Shown: in pieces, positions 45,252-45,654 of the stretch
How positions within the stretch are numbered: position 1 is the first letter of the stretch
Layout: the number at the start of each line of letters is the position of its first letter
The notes under the pieces: generated by a model
Database searches by the model: none
Told to the model about the DNA's origin: nothing
The model's input: only the letters and a program-made list of their open reading frames with translations
Position numbers and translations under genes: made by a program
Source: a bacterium
GTDB taxonomy: Bacteria > Patescibacteriota > Microgenomatia > JAUYPR01
NCBI GenBank assembly: GCA_030695785.1
Contig: JAUYPR010000055.1
Location: forward strand, 1-45,654
Direction: 5' to 3'
DNA: 45,654 nucleotides

Positions 45252-45654
45252 CGCAAACAACAATACTCACTCGCGGCATGTTTGCCGTGCAAGACATCAT
45301 CGCGCCACCGTCCATGGAGGTGGATTATGACCATGTCCAAATTGGCGAGACGTACTTCCGCACCTTGTTTGTGGCCGGCTACCCGCGGTTTGTGAATGCA
45401 AACTGGCTTGCTCCACTCATTAATTTCGACCACACGTTGGAAATTGCCATGTATATCTACCCCACAGAAGCAAGCGGGGTTTTGTCTGATCTTCGGCGCA
45501 AAATCGCGGAAATGGAAGCAACATTGTCAACCGACCTCCAGCGCGGGAAGGTGATTGACCCAACGGTGCAGACCACACTCGGTGATGCGCAAGCGCTGCA
45601 AGAACAACTCGCCAAAGGCGCGGAGCGCTTTTTCCAGTTCGCGCTATACGTGAC
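45248..45654 (+). CDS. VirB4-like ATPase, N-terminal part (truncated by window edge)
   Basis: ATGA overlap; MTQTTILTRGMFAVQDIIAPPSMEVDYDHVQIGETYFRTLFVAGYPRFVNANWL..GAERFFQFALYV, open to the edge; Walker motifs not visible in the window. Confidence 0.75.
   Translation, partial: MTQTTILTRGMFAVQDIIAPPSMEVDYDHVQIGETYFRTLFVAGYPRFVNANWLAPLINFDHTLEIAMYIYPTEASGVLSDLRRKIAEMEATLSTDLQRGKVIDPTVQTTLGDAQALQEQLAKGAERFFQFALYV

Noticed and set aside
1..45654. Prophage, IS transposase, DGR/retron or alternative genetic code
   Set aside because: No capsid, terminase, integrase, transposase or reverse transcriptase motifs were seen; TGA terminates genes normally.

Overview
Chromosomal segment of a Patescibacteria (CPR) genome, most resembling Microgenomates (inferred from gene content); genetic code 11, with TGA used as stop. 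From left to right: (i) a >962-aa secreted repeat protein running off the left edge that the ORF track misses; (ii) a heavy-metal/copper cluster (ArsR-YHS regulator with its operator, DUF1573-like, CC/DCNHG protein, Met/His-rich fusion, CcdA-like, CPH-type P1B ATPase) bracketed by two paralogous exported Cys/His-rich proteins; (iii) dnaG-rpoD-cobO, NUDIX, RRM and five toxin-antitoxin pairs spread over the window; (iv) six tRNAs (all four Ser, Arg GCG/CCG), tmRNA, smpB, comF and small AT-rich cargo genes sitting behind tRNA 3' ends with shared boundary motifs; (v) envelope genes (pseudo-PP2C/propeller, PH-domain, SpoIID/LytB) and an AAA+ DUF4143-type ATPase; (vi) a CPR type IV secretion-like locus with six tandem VirB2/TrbC-like pilins carrying variable N-terminal domains, a 1171-aa orphan, VirB6-like, PrgI-like, a conserved adaptor and the start of a VirB4-like ATPase. 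Short palindromic elements occur both between genes and in-frame inside unrelated genes. All family calls are by-eye motif recognition, not database searches.
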